DNA from: an uncultured Candidatus Rokubacteria bacterium
GTDB taxonomy: Bacteria > Methylomirabilota > Methylomirabilia > Rokubacteriales > DASRDR01
NCBI GenBank assembly: GCA_963708025.1
Contig: CAVPSB010000030.1
Coordinates: 47,455 to 111,454 of the forward strand
Reading direction: 5' to 3'
DNA: 64,000 nt
Shown: positions 1 to 9,041 of the stretch, piece after piece
Layout of the letters: each line of letters begins with the position of its first letter
Numbering within the stretch: position 1 is the stretch's first letter
Translations under genes and position numbers: made by a program
The notes under the pieces: model-generated
What the model saw: only the letters and a program-made list of their open reading frames with translations
The model's database searches: none
Told to the model about the DNA's origin: nothing

Positions 1-235
1 CGGACGCTTGACCGTCAAGTAAATTGTGAGTGACGGCGGAGCGGGGGCAGGACGGACGGGGCGAGCCTACGCAGAGAGGTCTCGGCAGGATCGGCGGCTG
101 AGGAACTCCGCTTCGAGCGGACACCCACGCGGAGACGCTTCGTGCCTCTGGCGTGAGTACCCGGCCGCCGCAACCCTCTCCTGGGGAGGTTCCGGAGGGG
201 CTCCTTGACGATCAGTGGGCCCCCCTCCGGTGGCC

Positions 236-1330
236 TCAGACGCCCAGCTCCCGCGAGGTCATCTTGTAGCGGAACTTGTCCGGGTCGAGACTGTCGAGGC
301 GGGCCCCGGCGGTCTCGGCCTGCGGGTACATCAGGAACGCGACCGGACCGTGCGCCGATTGGGGCAGCTTCAGGTCGTGAGCGTAGTTGTAGGCGAGCCA
401 GTTCATCTCCCAGGCGCCGAAGAGCTTGCCACGGGCTTGCTTCACCAGGGGGTCGCTCAGCGGGATCCCGCCCCGCTCCTCGAGCACGAGCTTGCGGACG
501 TCGGCCGGGTCGACCGGGATCCAACCCTGTCCGGTGAGGTAGAACTCGGCGCGGCAGTGCTGCGCCCTGGTGATGTCGCCGCTCCGGCCGAGGCTCTTGT
601 AGTCGGCGGAATCGGCGACCCGCACGCCGTAGACGTCCCGGGCGGGGATGCCGACGGCACGCGCCAGGCCCACGAACAGCGCGTTGAGATCGGCGCACTT
701 GCCGCCCAGGTTGCCGGTCTCGAGCATGCCGCGGATGTCGCCGATCCCGCAGCCCCGCACCTTGGGATCGCGGAAGGTGTTCTCGACGATCCACTCGTAG
801 ATGGCGTGCGCCTTGTCGAGGTCGGTCTTGCTCCCCTTGGTGATCTCCCGGGCCGTCTTCTCCACGATGCCGTCGGTCCGGATCAGCTCCGTGGACTCGA
901 GGTACCGGGCCAGGGCGGCCTTGTCCTCCCGGACCCCGGCGCCGGGGCCCCGGGGATCGACGGCGCGGTCGCGGGTGGCGAAGCGGGTGGTCAGCTCCAC
1001 GACCGGCGCCGCCTCGCCCTCGGCCCACTCGGCGAAGAAGATGCCGGCGCCATACTTGGGGTCCTGGACGACGCGGGCCGCCTTCGGGTTGCCGGTCCAG
1101 CTCTGACCGAGACCCTTCTGGTAGTCCGTGTCGGTCGTGAGCGGCAGGGGCAGCCACGCCCGCGTGACCCCGGCGGGGCCCGCCACCTCGACACGGGTCG
1201 TGATCTCGAAGGTGCGCCACCGCTCTCCAGCCTTCGGCTCGCCCGCGGCGCGGACCCAGCGCGGCGCGGCGCCGAGCGCGGCGGCAGCGGGGAGGGCAGC
1301 CGTCAGCCTGATGAACGTCCGTCGGTCCAT
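236..1330 (-). CDS. Tat-exported transglutaminase-like domain protein
   Basis: N-terminal DRRTFI twin-arginine signal; GGKCADLN, QHCRAEF and WIPVDP motifs give a Cys-His-Asp triad. Confidence 0.85.
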   Translation of the reverse strand: MDRRTFIRLTAALPAAAALGAAPRWVRAAGEPKAGERWRTFEITTRVEVAGPAGVTRAWLPLPLTTDTDYQKGLGQSWTGNPKAARVVQDPKYGAGIFFAEWAEGEAAPVVELTTRFATRDRAVDPRGPGAGVREDKAALARYLESTELIRTDGIVEKTAREITKGSKTDLDKAHAIYEWIVENTFRDPKVRGCGIGDIRGMLETGNLGGKCADLNALFVGLARAVGIPARDVYGVRVADSADYKSLGRSGDITRAQHCRAEFYLTGQGWIPVDPADVRKLVLEERGGIPLSDPLVKQARGKLFGAWEMNWLAYNYAHDLKLPQSAHGPVAFLMYPQAETAGARLDSLDPDKFRYKMTSRELGV

Positions 1331-1555
1331 TCCGGTCTCCTTGTCTGCTGGCGTGGCGGGTCCGAAACCCGATACGGCTCCGTGGTCGATCCCCTCATGC
1401 TGGGCACAAGCACGACCCTAGTCAAATCGGAAATTCCCGTGAGATCAGCGATTCTGCATTGGGCCGGGCGATGAACCCGCCTCCGGCTCGCCACCGGCTC
1501 GCCGCCCTCTTGACGGCGGACGGGTCCCGGCCCCACCCTGAGCCAAGTCCCACGC

Positions 1556-2053
1556 ATGCGCCTCCTCATCATCCGCCACGCCATCGCGGTACCCCGGGGG
1601 ACGCCCGGTATTCCGGACGACGAGCGCCCCCTCACCGCCCGGGGCCGCCGGCGCTTCCGGAGGGCGGCGCGCGGCCTGGCGCGGATCGTCGACCGCCCCG
1701 ATGTGCTCCTCACAAGCCCGCTGATCCGTGCCCTGGCGACGGCCGAGATCGCGGCCCGGGCGTGGGGCCGGATCAAGCCGACGGTCGAGCCGGCGCTGGC
1801 GCACGGCAACCCCGCGCGGGTGCTGGCCGCCCTCGCCGCCGGGCCGGCCGACGCGACCATCGCGGTGGTCGGCCACGAACCGTATCTCTCGGGGCTCCTG
1901 TCGACGCTCCTGGGGGGCGCCGAGGCCGACCGCCTCACCTTCCGCAAGGGCGGCGCGGCGCTGTTGGAGCTGGCCAGCCCACCGGCGGAGGGTGGGCGGC
2001 TCCTGTGGTTCCTGCCCCCGAAGCTCCTCCGGCGGCTGGCCCGCCGGGGATGA
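1556..2053 (+). CDS. sixA: SixA-type phosphohistidine phosphatase
   Basis: LIIRHA, RPLT, TSPLIRA and VGHEP motifs; directly upstream of ppx-ppk. Confidence 0.85.
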   Translation: MRLLIIRHAIAVPRGTPGIPDDERPLTARGRRRFRRAARGLARIVDRPDVLLTSPLIRALATAEIAARAWGRIKPTVEPALAHGNPARVLAALAAGPADATIAVVGHEPYLSGLLSTLLGGAEADRLTFRKGGAALLELASPPAEGGRLLWFLPPKLLRRLARRG

Positions 2054-2127
2054 CGTGACAGGACCGTGTCGAGCAGGCGACAATCGCATGAAGGTGCACA
2101 TCCCGGTGGATAGGGGTGGATATCTCC

Positions 2128-2173
2128 GTAACGGATGGGTAATTTGACCCGTAAAGCCTCGGCCAGGCATACT
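2128..2173 (+). promoter_or_regulatory. Pho-box-like direct repeat and candidate -10 upstream of ppx-ppk1
   Basis: GTAAC(2128)-N6-GTAAT(2139), GTAAA at 2151, CATACT at 2168. Confidence 0.45.
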
Positions 2174-2179
2174 CGACGC

Positions 2180-3109
2180 GTGTCCGAGCTGGTCGCCCTG
2201 CTGGAGCTCGGCTCGAACGCCACCCGCTGCCTGCTCGCCCGGATCACCCCGGGCGTGGGCTTCCGTGTCCTCGCCGAGGAACGGGTGCAGACACGGCTCG
2301 GCGACGGTCCACCCGGCGCGCTCTCCCGGGAATCGGTGGACGCGACGGCGGACACGGTCCATCGGTTCCTGAGCCGGGTCCGGAACGGGAACGACGAGCC
2401 ACCCCGCGTCATCGGCGTGGCGACGTCCGCCGTCCGCGACGCGGAGAACCGCGACCGCCTCCTGGCGCGGCTCCGGCGGCGCGAGGGCGTGGACGTCCAG
2501 GTGCTGAGCCCGGGCCAGGAGGCCCGGCTCGGCGTGCTGGCCGCCCGCTGGAGCCTCACGTTCCGGAGCGGCCTCATCGCGGACCTCGGCGGATCGAGTC
2601 TCCAGCTCACGCGGCTCCGCCGCGGGGAGGTCGTGTCCACCGCGAGCCTGCCGCTCGGGTCGGTGCGGGCCACCCGCCGGTTCTTTCACCACGATCCGCC
2701 GAAGCCCAAGGAGCTGCGGGCGTTCCGGCGAGCGGTCGGCGAGGCCCTCCTCGACGCCCTCCCGCCCACCCGGCGCGGCGAGAGCGTCGTGGGACTCGGC
2801 GGCACCGTGCGCACGCTGGCCCGGATGCACCTGCGGGCTCACGGGATCCGCCGGGCTTCGCGCCAGGGCCTGCGCCTCCGGCAGTCCGACGTGACCGAGA
2901 TCCGCGAGCGGCTGGAGCCGCTGCCGGCGCGGCGGCGGCGACGGCTCCGGGGGCTCAAGGCCGAGCGGGCGGACGTGATCCTGGCCGGAGCCATCGTGAT
3001 CGAGGAGCTGATGCGGCTGGGCGGTTACCTGACGATGATCGTGTGCACGCACGGCGTGCGCGACGGACTGCTCCTGCGGGAGGCGTTCGACGGGGAGGGG
3101 GAGCAATGA
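2180..3109 (+). CDS. ppx: Ppx/GppA family exopolyphosphatase, short form without HD domain
   Basis: ELGSN, ATSAVRDAEN, DLGGSS, GLGGT, RADVILAG and GVRDG motifs; GTG start at 2180 is inferred. Confidence 0.88.
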   Translation: MSELVALLELGSNATRCLLARITPGVGFRVLAEERVQTRLGDGPPGALSRESVDATADTVHRFLSRVRNGNDEPPRVIGVATSAVRDAENRDRLLARLRRREGVDVQVLSPGQEARLGVLAARWSLTFRSGLIADLGGSSLQLTRLRRGEVVSTASLPLGSVRATRRFFHHDPPKPKELRAFRRAVGEALLDALPPTRRGESVVGLGGTVRTLARMHLRAHGIRRASRQGLRLRQSDVTEIRERLEPLPARRRRRLRGLKAERADVILAGAIVIEELMRLGGYLTMIVCTHGVRDGLLLREAFDGEGEQ

Positions 3110-5190
3110 CACCGGACGGGCTCGTCAACCGGGAGATGTCCTGGCTGGAGTTCAACCGCCGGGTCCTGGAGGAGGCGCAGGACGAGAGCGTGCCGCTCCT
3201 GGAGCGGGTGAAGTTCCTGTCGATCTTCAGCTCGAACCTCGACGAATTCTTCATGATCCGGGTGGCGGGGCTCAAGCGGCAGGTCCACGCCGGCGATCAC
3301 GAGCGGGGATTGGATGGGCTGACCCCGGCCGAGGCCATGGCCGCCGTCGCGGTGCGCACGCACGAGCTGGCCGACGAGCAGCACCGTTGCTTCCTGGAGG
3401 ACATCCAGCCCCGGCTCGCCGCCGAGGGGATCCGGATCCTCCGGCCCAAGGAGATCACCGAGGCGCAGCACGGGTTCCTCGACGGGTACTTCCGGCACAC
3501 GCTGCTCCCGATCCTGACGCCGCTGGCGATCGACCCCGGGCATCCGTTCCCCTACCTCGGCAACCGCTCGCTGGTCCTGGTGGCCTCTATCCGGCCGGTG
3601 GCCGCCTCGGCCCTGCCCCGGACCACGCTGGCGGTCGTCCACATCCCCGGCCAGGTGGTGCCGCGCTTCGTCGCCCTCCCCGGGCCGGCCGGCCAGCACG
3701 CCTTCATGCTGCTGGAAGACGTGATCCGGCTGCACCTGCCGAGCCTGTATCACGGCTACGAGATCCTCTCCTGCCACGCCATCCGCGTGACGCGCGACGC
3801 CGAGATCGAGCTGCCGCGGGGCCGCATCCAGGACCTCATGACCAGCATCGAGGAGAGTCTGCGGGAGCGGCGCATGGCGACGGCGGTGCGGCTGCAGTAC
3901 GAGGCCGACCTGCCGGCGGGGGTGCTGGCGACCCTGGTTGACGAGCTGGAGCTGGGCCCCGAGGACTTGTACGAGGGCGAGGGGTTCGCGGCCTTTTCCG
4001 ACCTCATGCAGCTCTACGCGGCGGTGGACCTCCCACGCCTCAAGGACCGCCCGCTGCCGCCCCACCCGGTGCCGGCCTTCGAGGCGGCGCCCGATCTCTG
4101 GGCGGCCATCCGGGAGGGCGACGTCCTCGTCCACCACCCCTACCAGCCGTTCGACGCCGTGACACGCTTCGTCCGGGATGCCGCCGTCGATCCCCGGGTG
4201 CTGGCCATCAAGATGACGCTCTATCGGGTGAGCCCGACCTCCCCCATCGCTCAGGCGCTCACGCTGGCCGCGGAGAAGGGCAAGGAGGTCGCGGTGCTCG
4301 TCGAGCTGCGGGCGCGCTTCGACGAGGAAGCCAACATCCGGTGGGCGCGGGCGCTGGAGGAGGTCGGCGCCCACGTCGTCTACGGCCTCGTCGGCTTCAA
4401 GACCCACTGCAAGGCGTGCCTGGTCGTCCGCCAGGACGCCGATGGGATCCGCCGCTATTGCCACCTGGCGACGGGCAACTACAACGTCCGTACCGGCGGG
4501 CTCTACTCCGATCTCGGGCTCTTCACCTGCCGCGAGTCGTTCGGCGAGGACCTCACCGAGCTGTTCAATCTCCTCACGGGCTACACGCACCCCCGCGGCT
4601 TCAACCACCTCATCGTCGCGCCCTTCCAGCTCCGCGACGCCGTCATCGAGCGCATCCGGCGGGAAGCCGAGCACGCGCGGGCCGGCCGGCCGGCCCGGCT
4701 CATCGCCAAGATGAACAGCCTGGTCGATGTCAAGCTCATCGAGGAGCTGTACGCGGCGAGCCAGGCCGGGGTCGAGACCGACCTGATCGTGCGGGGCATC
4801 TGCTGCCTGCGACCCGGGGTCCCCGGCCTCTCCGACCGGATCCGGGCCATCTCCATCATCGACCGCTTCCTCGAGCACGCGCGGATCTTCTACTTCGAGA
4901 ACGACGGGACGCCCGAGTATCTCCTGGCGTCGGCCGACTGGATGCCCCGCAACCTCGACAAGCGGGTCGAGGTCGCCTTCCCGATCCTGGATCCCCGCCT
5001 GCAGGCGCAGATCCGGCAGATCCTGGACGTCCAGCTCGCGGACACGGTCAAGGCGCGGGAGATCCTGCCCGACGGGCGGTCGCGGCGGATCGCCCACGAG
5101 GGGAGCTCGCCGCTCCGGTCCCAGGAGCGGCTGTACGAGCTGGTCGGCGCCCTGGGCTCGGCTCCGGAGCGGCGGGTCACCGAAACGTAA
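3106..5190 (+). CDS. ppk1: Polyphosphate kinase 1
   Basis: NREMSWLEFNRRVL, SSNLDEFFMIRV, HHPY, ARFDEEANI, KTHCK and SADWMPRN motifs; ATGA overlap with ppx. Confidence 0.96.
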   Translation: MTPDGLVNREMSWLEFNRRVLEEAQDESVPLLERVKFLSIFSSNLDEFFMIRVAGLKRQVHAGDHERGLDGLTPAEAMAAVAVRTHELADEQHRCFLEDIQPRLAAEGIRILRPKEITEAQHGFLDGYFRHTLLPILTPLAIDPGHPFPYLGNRSLVLVASIRPVAASALPRTTLAVVHIPGQVVPRFVALPGPAGQHAFMLLEDVIRLHLPSLYHGYEILSCHAIRVTRDAEIELPRGRIQDLMTSIEESLRERRMATAVRLQYEADLPAGVLATLVDELELGPEDLYEGEGFAAFSDLMQLYAAVDLPRLKDRPLPPHPVPAFEAAPDLWAAIREGDVLVHHPYQPFDAVTRFVRDAAVDPRVLAIKMTLYRVSPTSPIAQALTLAAEKGKEVAVLVELRARFDEEANIRWARALEEVGAHVVYGLVGFKTHCKACLVVRQDADGIRRYCHLATGNYNVRTGGLYSDLGLFTCRESFGEDLTELFNLLTGYTHPRGFNHLIVAPFQLRDAVIERIRREAEHARAGRPARLIAKMNSLVDVKLIEELYAASQAGVETDLIVRGICCLRPGVPGLSDRIRAISIIDRFLEHARIFYFENDGTPEYLLASADWMPRNLDKRVEVAFPILDPRLQAQIRQILDVQLADTVKAREILPDGRSRRIAHEGSSPLRSQERLYELVGALGSAPERRVTET

Positions 5191-5229
5191 CCGACGCGTC
5201 ATCAAACCGCAACACGCCCGGTCTAAGGT
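5176..5229 (+). promoter_or_regulatory. Pho-box-like four-repeat promoter
   Basis: GTCAC-N6-GTAAC-N6-GTCAT-N6-GCAAC, 10 nt, then TAAGGT. Confidence 0.6.
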
Positions 5230-5238
5230 CGGAGCGTC

Positions 5239-5457
5239 ATGACCACGGTCGGGCAGTCGCTGCAGCAGCTCGTCCTGTTCGGGCTCTTCGTCCTCGTCTT
5301 CCTGGGCTCGACCCAGCTCTTCCTCGCCTACCGCTGGCGGCGGGCGCTCGACCGGGACGAGGCGCGGGCATACGTCCCCCACGCCGACCCGTGGCTGCCG
5401 GCCCTGCTGACCCTGATCGGGGCCGGCTGGACCCTCCTGCTGTACGTCCTCCGCTAG
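5239..5457 (+). CDS. Small two-TM membrane protein (72 aa)
   Basis: Two hydrophobic segments; GGAG before the ATG; has its own Pho-like promoter. Confidence 0.6.
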   Translation: MTTVGQSLQQLVLFGLFVLVFLGSTQLFLAYRWRRALDRDEARAYVPHADPWLPALLTLIGAGWTLLLYVLR

Positions 5458-5654
5458 ATCCTTTGGGGGGTCTCGGAAGACTCCTCCGATGTCCCCGCGT
5501 CGTGGGGGCGGCGAAGCCGCCGCCGCTCGGACGGTCGTCGTGGCCCACACGTTGCACTGCACGCGACAGGACATGCTCCGACGAGCTCCTAACTCGCGCG
5601 TCGCGACTGGCCCCGGCGGGCCGCAGTGTCGCATCGGCAGAGTCCGCCGTGACC

Positions 5655-5699
5655 GTAACAGTTTCGTAACTGGAAACCGCTCGTCCGGGCTCCTACACT
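5655..5699 (+). promoter_or_regulatory. Conserved operon promoter (GTAAC-N6-GTAAC ... TACACT)
   Basis: Related copies at 29117-29160(-) and 37857-37902(-). Confidence 0.6.
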
Positions 5700-5794
5700 G
5701 ACCGCGAGTGCCGTGCGCGACGCCGCCGGAGTCGCCGTTCGGCGGCACGCGCATCCGATCGGATCACCACATCGCATGTCGGAGGGCTTCCCAG

Positions 5795-6094
5795 ATGGGG
5801 TTTCATCCTCTGTCTTTCTTTCTCGGTCTCGGTGCGGCCGCCGCGATGCCGCTGCTGACTCGCGTGTTCCGTCCCGCCGCGGTCCAGATCGCGGTGGCCG
5901 GCATGGGCGTGTTCGACGAGGTCCGTCGGGTCCTCGCCGAGCAATTCGAGGCCATGGAAGACATCGCCGCCGAGGCACGGGCCAAGCGTGAAGAGAGCCT
6001 GGCCGAGGCCGCGATGGAACCGTCGAACGGCTCAGAGGCCGAGGCGGCGGTCGGACGCCCGAGTCGGCGGCCCCGGAGGCAGCGGACCGCATAG
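5795..6094 (+). CDS. DUF5132-like small protein with hydrophobic Gly/Ala-rich N-terminus
   Basis: FFLGLGAAAAMPLL...EAMEDIAAEARA resembles small proteins of P1B-ATPase/fez-type operons; GGAGGG RBS. Confidence 0.6.
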   Translation: MGFHPLSFFLGLGAAAAMPLLTRVFRPAAVQIAVAGMGVFDEVRRVLAEQFEAMEDIAAEARAKREESLAEAAMEPSNGSEAEAAVGRPSRRPRRQRTA

Positions 6095-6096
6095 CC

Positions 6097-6597
6097 GTGG
6101 CGACCCTCCAGGTCGCCCACGACATTCCCGGGAGACTCCGCCTCCGCCTGCGCGCGGCCGTCGAGGGGGACAGCCTGGCGGCGGCGATGCGCGAGCATCC
6201 CGGCGTGACGGACTGCGTGTGGGCGGCCCGCACCGGGAGCCTGCTCCTCCACTACCGTCCGCAGGTGACGAGCGGGACGCTCCTCCGCGACGCCGTGGCG
6301 GCCCGAACCGGTCTGTCGCCGGCCGGCCCGGACGGCGCACCGGCGACCAGCGCCCGGAACGGCGAGCCGCCCCAGCTGGCCACTGCCATCACCCAGGGCA
6401 TGACCGACCTGAACGCTCAGGTGACGCAGGTGACGGGTGGCGCGCTCGATCTCCGCACGCTCCTGCCGCTCGCGCTGGGGGCATGGGCGCTCGCCGAGAT
6501 CTTCCGGGGGCGGGCCGGACCGATGGCCTGGTCAACGGCCCTCTGGTACGCCCATGGCCTGTTCCGCGACTACAACCTGCCCGGCGGCGAGCGGTAG
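6097..6597 (+). CDS. HMA2/CoBaHMA-type domain protein with C-terminal membrane segments (FezC-like)
   Basis: VAHDIPGRLRLRL...TGSLLLHY at the N-terminus; DLRTLLPLALG...WSTALWYA at the C-terminus. Confidence 0.72.
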   Translation: MATLQVAHDIPGRLRLRLRAAVEGDSLAAAMREHPGVTDCVWAARTGSLLLHYRPQVTSGTLLRDAVAARTGLSPAGPDGAPATSARNGEPPQLATAITQGMTDLNAQVTQVTGGALDLRTLLPLALGAWALAEIFRGRAGPMAWSTALWYAHGLFRDYNLPGGER

Positions 6598-6601
6598 CGC
6601 C

Positions 6602-8735
6602 GTGACGGGCCGGGTCGCCCACTCGGTCCGGGGTCGGCTCCGGCTCCGGTATCCGCCCGATTGGCTGCGGCCGCGCCAGGCCGCGATCGAGGGCGAGCTG
6701 GCCCGCGTCCCCGGGGTGCGTGGGGTCACCGCGAGCGGCGTCACGGGCAGCGTCGTGGTCAGATACGACCCGGCCCGCACCGCCGAGCAGGTCCTGGTCA
6801 ACACGCTGTCCGCGATGCACGGGGGATCCCCCCCCGCCGCGCCGACCTCGAACGGAAGGCACACGGTCACGGCGGCCGTCGGGACTCACGCCGCCCCTGC
6901 TCCCGTTCCTGGCCGCCAGCGGCATGTTCGCGGCGACCTTCCTGCCGCTCCCTGGCCCTGTCCTGGCGGGACTCACCCTCGGCTCGGGCTGGCCACTCAT
7001 CCGGCGCGCGGGGCGAACCCTGGCGCGGGACGGTCGCCTCAACGTCGAGGTGCTCGACGCGGCGACGCTCGTCGTGCTCGCCATCCGCGGCAACTACCGC
7101 GCGGCCGCCCTGCTCGTGTGGCTCCTGTCGGCCGGCCAGTACGTCCTGGACAGCACCGTCGTCCGGATCCGCCGGTCCATCCGCGACCTCCTGGCTTCCC
7201 CGGCCGATCCGGTCTGGCGCGAAGACGGCGGAGAGCGCACGCAGGTCCCGATCGGCGCGGTCCAGGCGGGCGACACGATCGTGCTGGCCACGGGAGAGCG
7301 GGTCCCGGTGGACGGCACCGTCGTCCACGGCGAGGCGCTGATCGACCAGCAGCGGGTCACGGGGGAGGGTCTGCCGGTCGAGCGGGTGGCCGGTGACCGC
7401 GTGTACGCCTCGACGATGGTCGAGGACGGCGAGATCGCCGTCCGAGTCGAGCGGGTCGGCATGGAGACCTCCGTCGGCCGGATCATCGAGGCGGTCGAAG
7501 GGGCGGAAGGCGAGAAGCCCGAGCTCCAGCTCTTCGCCGAGGAGCTGGCCGACCGGCTGGTGCTGCAGACGGTCGGCCTGGCGGCGCTGGCATCCGCGGC
7601 GACACGGAGCCTCGATACCGGGATCGCCATCCTCGTCGCCGACTACGGAACACCCGTGCGGGTCGCGATTCCCACTGCCGCCATGGCGGCGCGGATCCGC
7701 GCCGCGCGCGCCGGCATCCTGTTGAAGGGGCCCGGCGTCCTCGAGCGGCTGGCCCGGGTCAACACGGTCGTCTTCGACAAGACGGGAACCCTCACCCTCG
7801 GCGCGCCACAGGTCACCCGCGTGGCGAGCTACGACCCCGCGCTCGATCCGGACGAGATCGTCCGCCTGGCGGCCGCCGCCGAGCGGGGATTCCGGCATCC
7901 GGTGGCCCGAGCCATCGTGCGGCTCGCCACCGAGCGGCGACTGCCCGTCCCCCGGCGGACGGAGACCGAGCTCCGGATGGGTCTCGGCGTCGGCGTCCGG
8001 GCCGACGGCCGCCACGTCCTCGTGGGCAGCCGGCGCTTCATGGAGTCGCACGGCGTCCGGCTGGACCGGGCGGCGGATGACGAGGCGGCCAGCCACCGGG
8101 ATGGCGGCGCCCCGACCTTCGTCGCGGTGGACGGCCAGCTGGCCGGGCTCCTCCGGCTGCAGGACGAGCTGCGGCCCGAGGCGCCGGACGCCGTGCTCGC
8201 GCTCCGGGCCCGCCGGATGCGGAACGTGATCATGGTCTCCGGCGACCACGCCGAGCCGACGCGGGTCATCGCCGAGTCCCTCGGCGTCCGGCACTACTAC
8301 CCGGACCTCCTCCCCGACGAGAAGGCCGAGCTCATCCGGAAGCTTCGCGCCGAGGGTCGGGTCGTCGCGATGGTGGGCGACGGCGTGAACGACGCCCTGG
8401 CCCTCCACCAGGCCGACGTCGGGATCGCCGTGCCGGGAGGCGCCGAGGTCGTGGCCGAGGCGGCCGGCGTCGTCCTCCTGGGGGGCGGCCTGGACAAGGT
8501 CGTCCAGGGTCTCGACATCGCCCGGGAGACCATGGTCGTGTTCCGGCGGGTCGTGGACGTCGCAGCCCAGGTGAATCTCGGCGTGATCGGCCTGGCGTCG
8601 GTGGGCCTGGCGGGCCCGGTCACCTCGATCCTCCTGAGCAACGGAGCGGTCGTCGGGGTGGCGCTCTACACGCTGATTGGAGCCCCGTCCGTGGGCAATG
8701 CCGGGCCGGACCGGGCCCGGGCGGGGTCACGGTGA
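6602..8735 (+). CDS. P1B-type ATPase (P1B-6/FezB-like) with N-terminal HMA2 domain; frameshift at about 6821-6835
   Basis: HSVRGRLRLRY N-terminus in one frame; TGEG, ADYGTP, DKTGT, HP and GDGVND in the next; shift at a G5/C8 homopolymer. Confidence 0.85.
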
Positions 8736-8779
8736 CGTCAACTATTCGTCATCGTCCCGTCACGCCTATCCCTTATCCT
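8726..8779 (+). promoter_or_regulatory. Pho-box-like four-repeat promoter
   Basis: GTCAC-N6-GTCAA-N6-GTCAT-N6-GTCAC, 10 nt, then TATCCT. Confidence 0.65.
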
Positions 8780-8822
8780 GTCGTGCAGGAAGGATACCCT
8801 TGGCAAAGGGGGGCCTGCCTGT

Positions 8823-8975
8823 ATGATTGCGCAGCTGCTGATGGGCTTCGTCACGGACGTGCTCTTCGGCTGGGTCTCGTCGGGCGGCCGGTCGTTCCAG
8901 GCCGAGGTCACGCAGTACATGGAGCGCCGGGGTCTCGTCAACCCGCGGGAGGTGAAGAAGAGCACCACCCGGTAG
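8823..8975 (+). CDS. Small protein of 50 aa (MIAQLLMGFVTDVLFGWVSSGGRSFQAEVTQYMERRGLVNPREVKKSTTR)
   Basis: Not in the ORF track; AAAGGGGG RBS, host-like GC3 codon usage, upstream Pho-like promoter. Confidence 0.55.
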   Translation: MIAQLLMGFVTDVLFGWVSSGGRSFQAEVTQYMERRGLVNPREVKKSTTR

Positions 8976-9041
8976 TCCTCGGCCCCGCCCCTCGCCCGCC
9001 CTCGCCGTAAGCCAGGCTGAGTCGCCTCGCCTCAGCATCGC

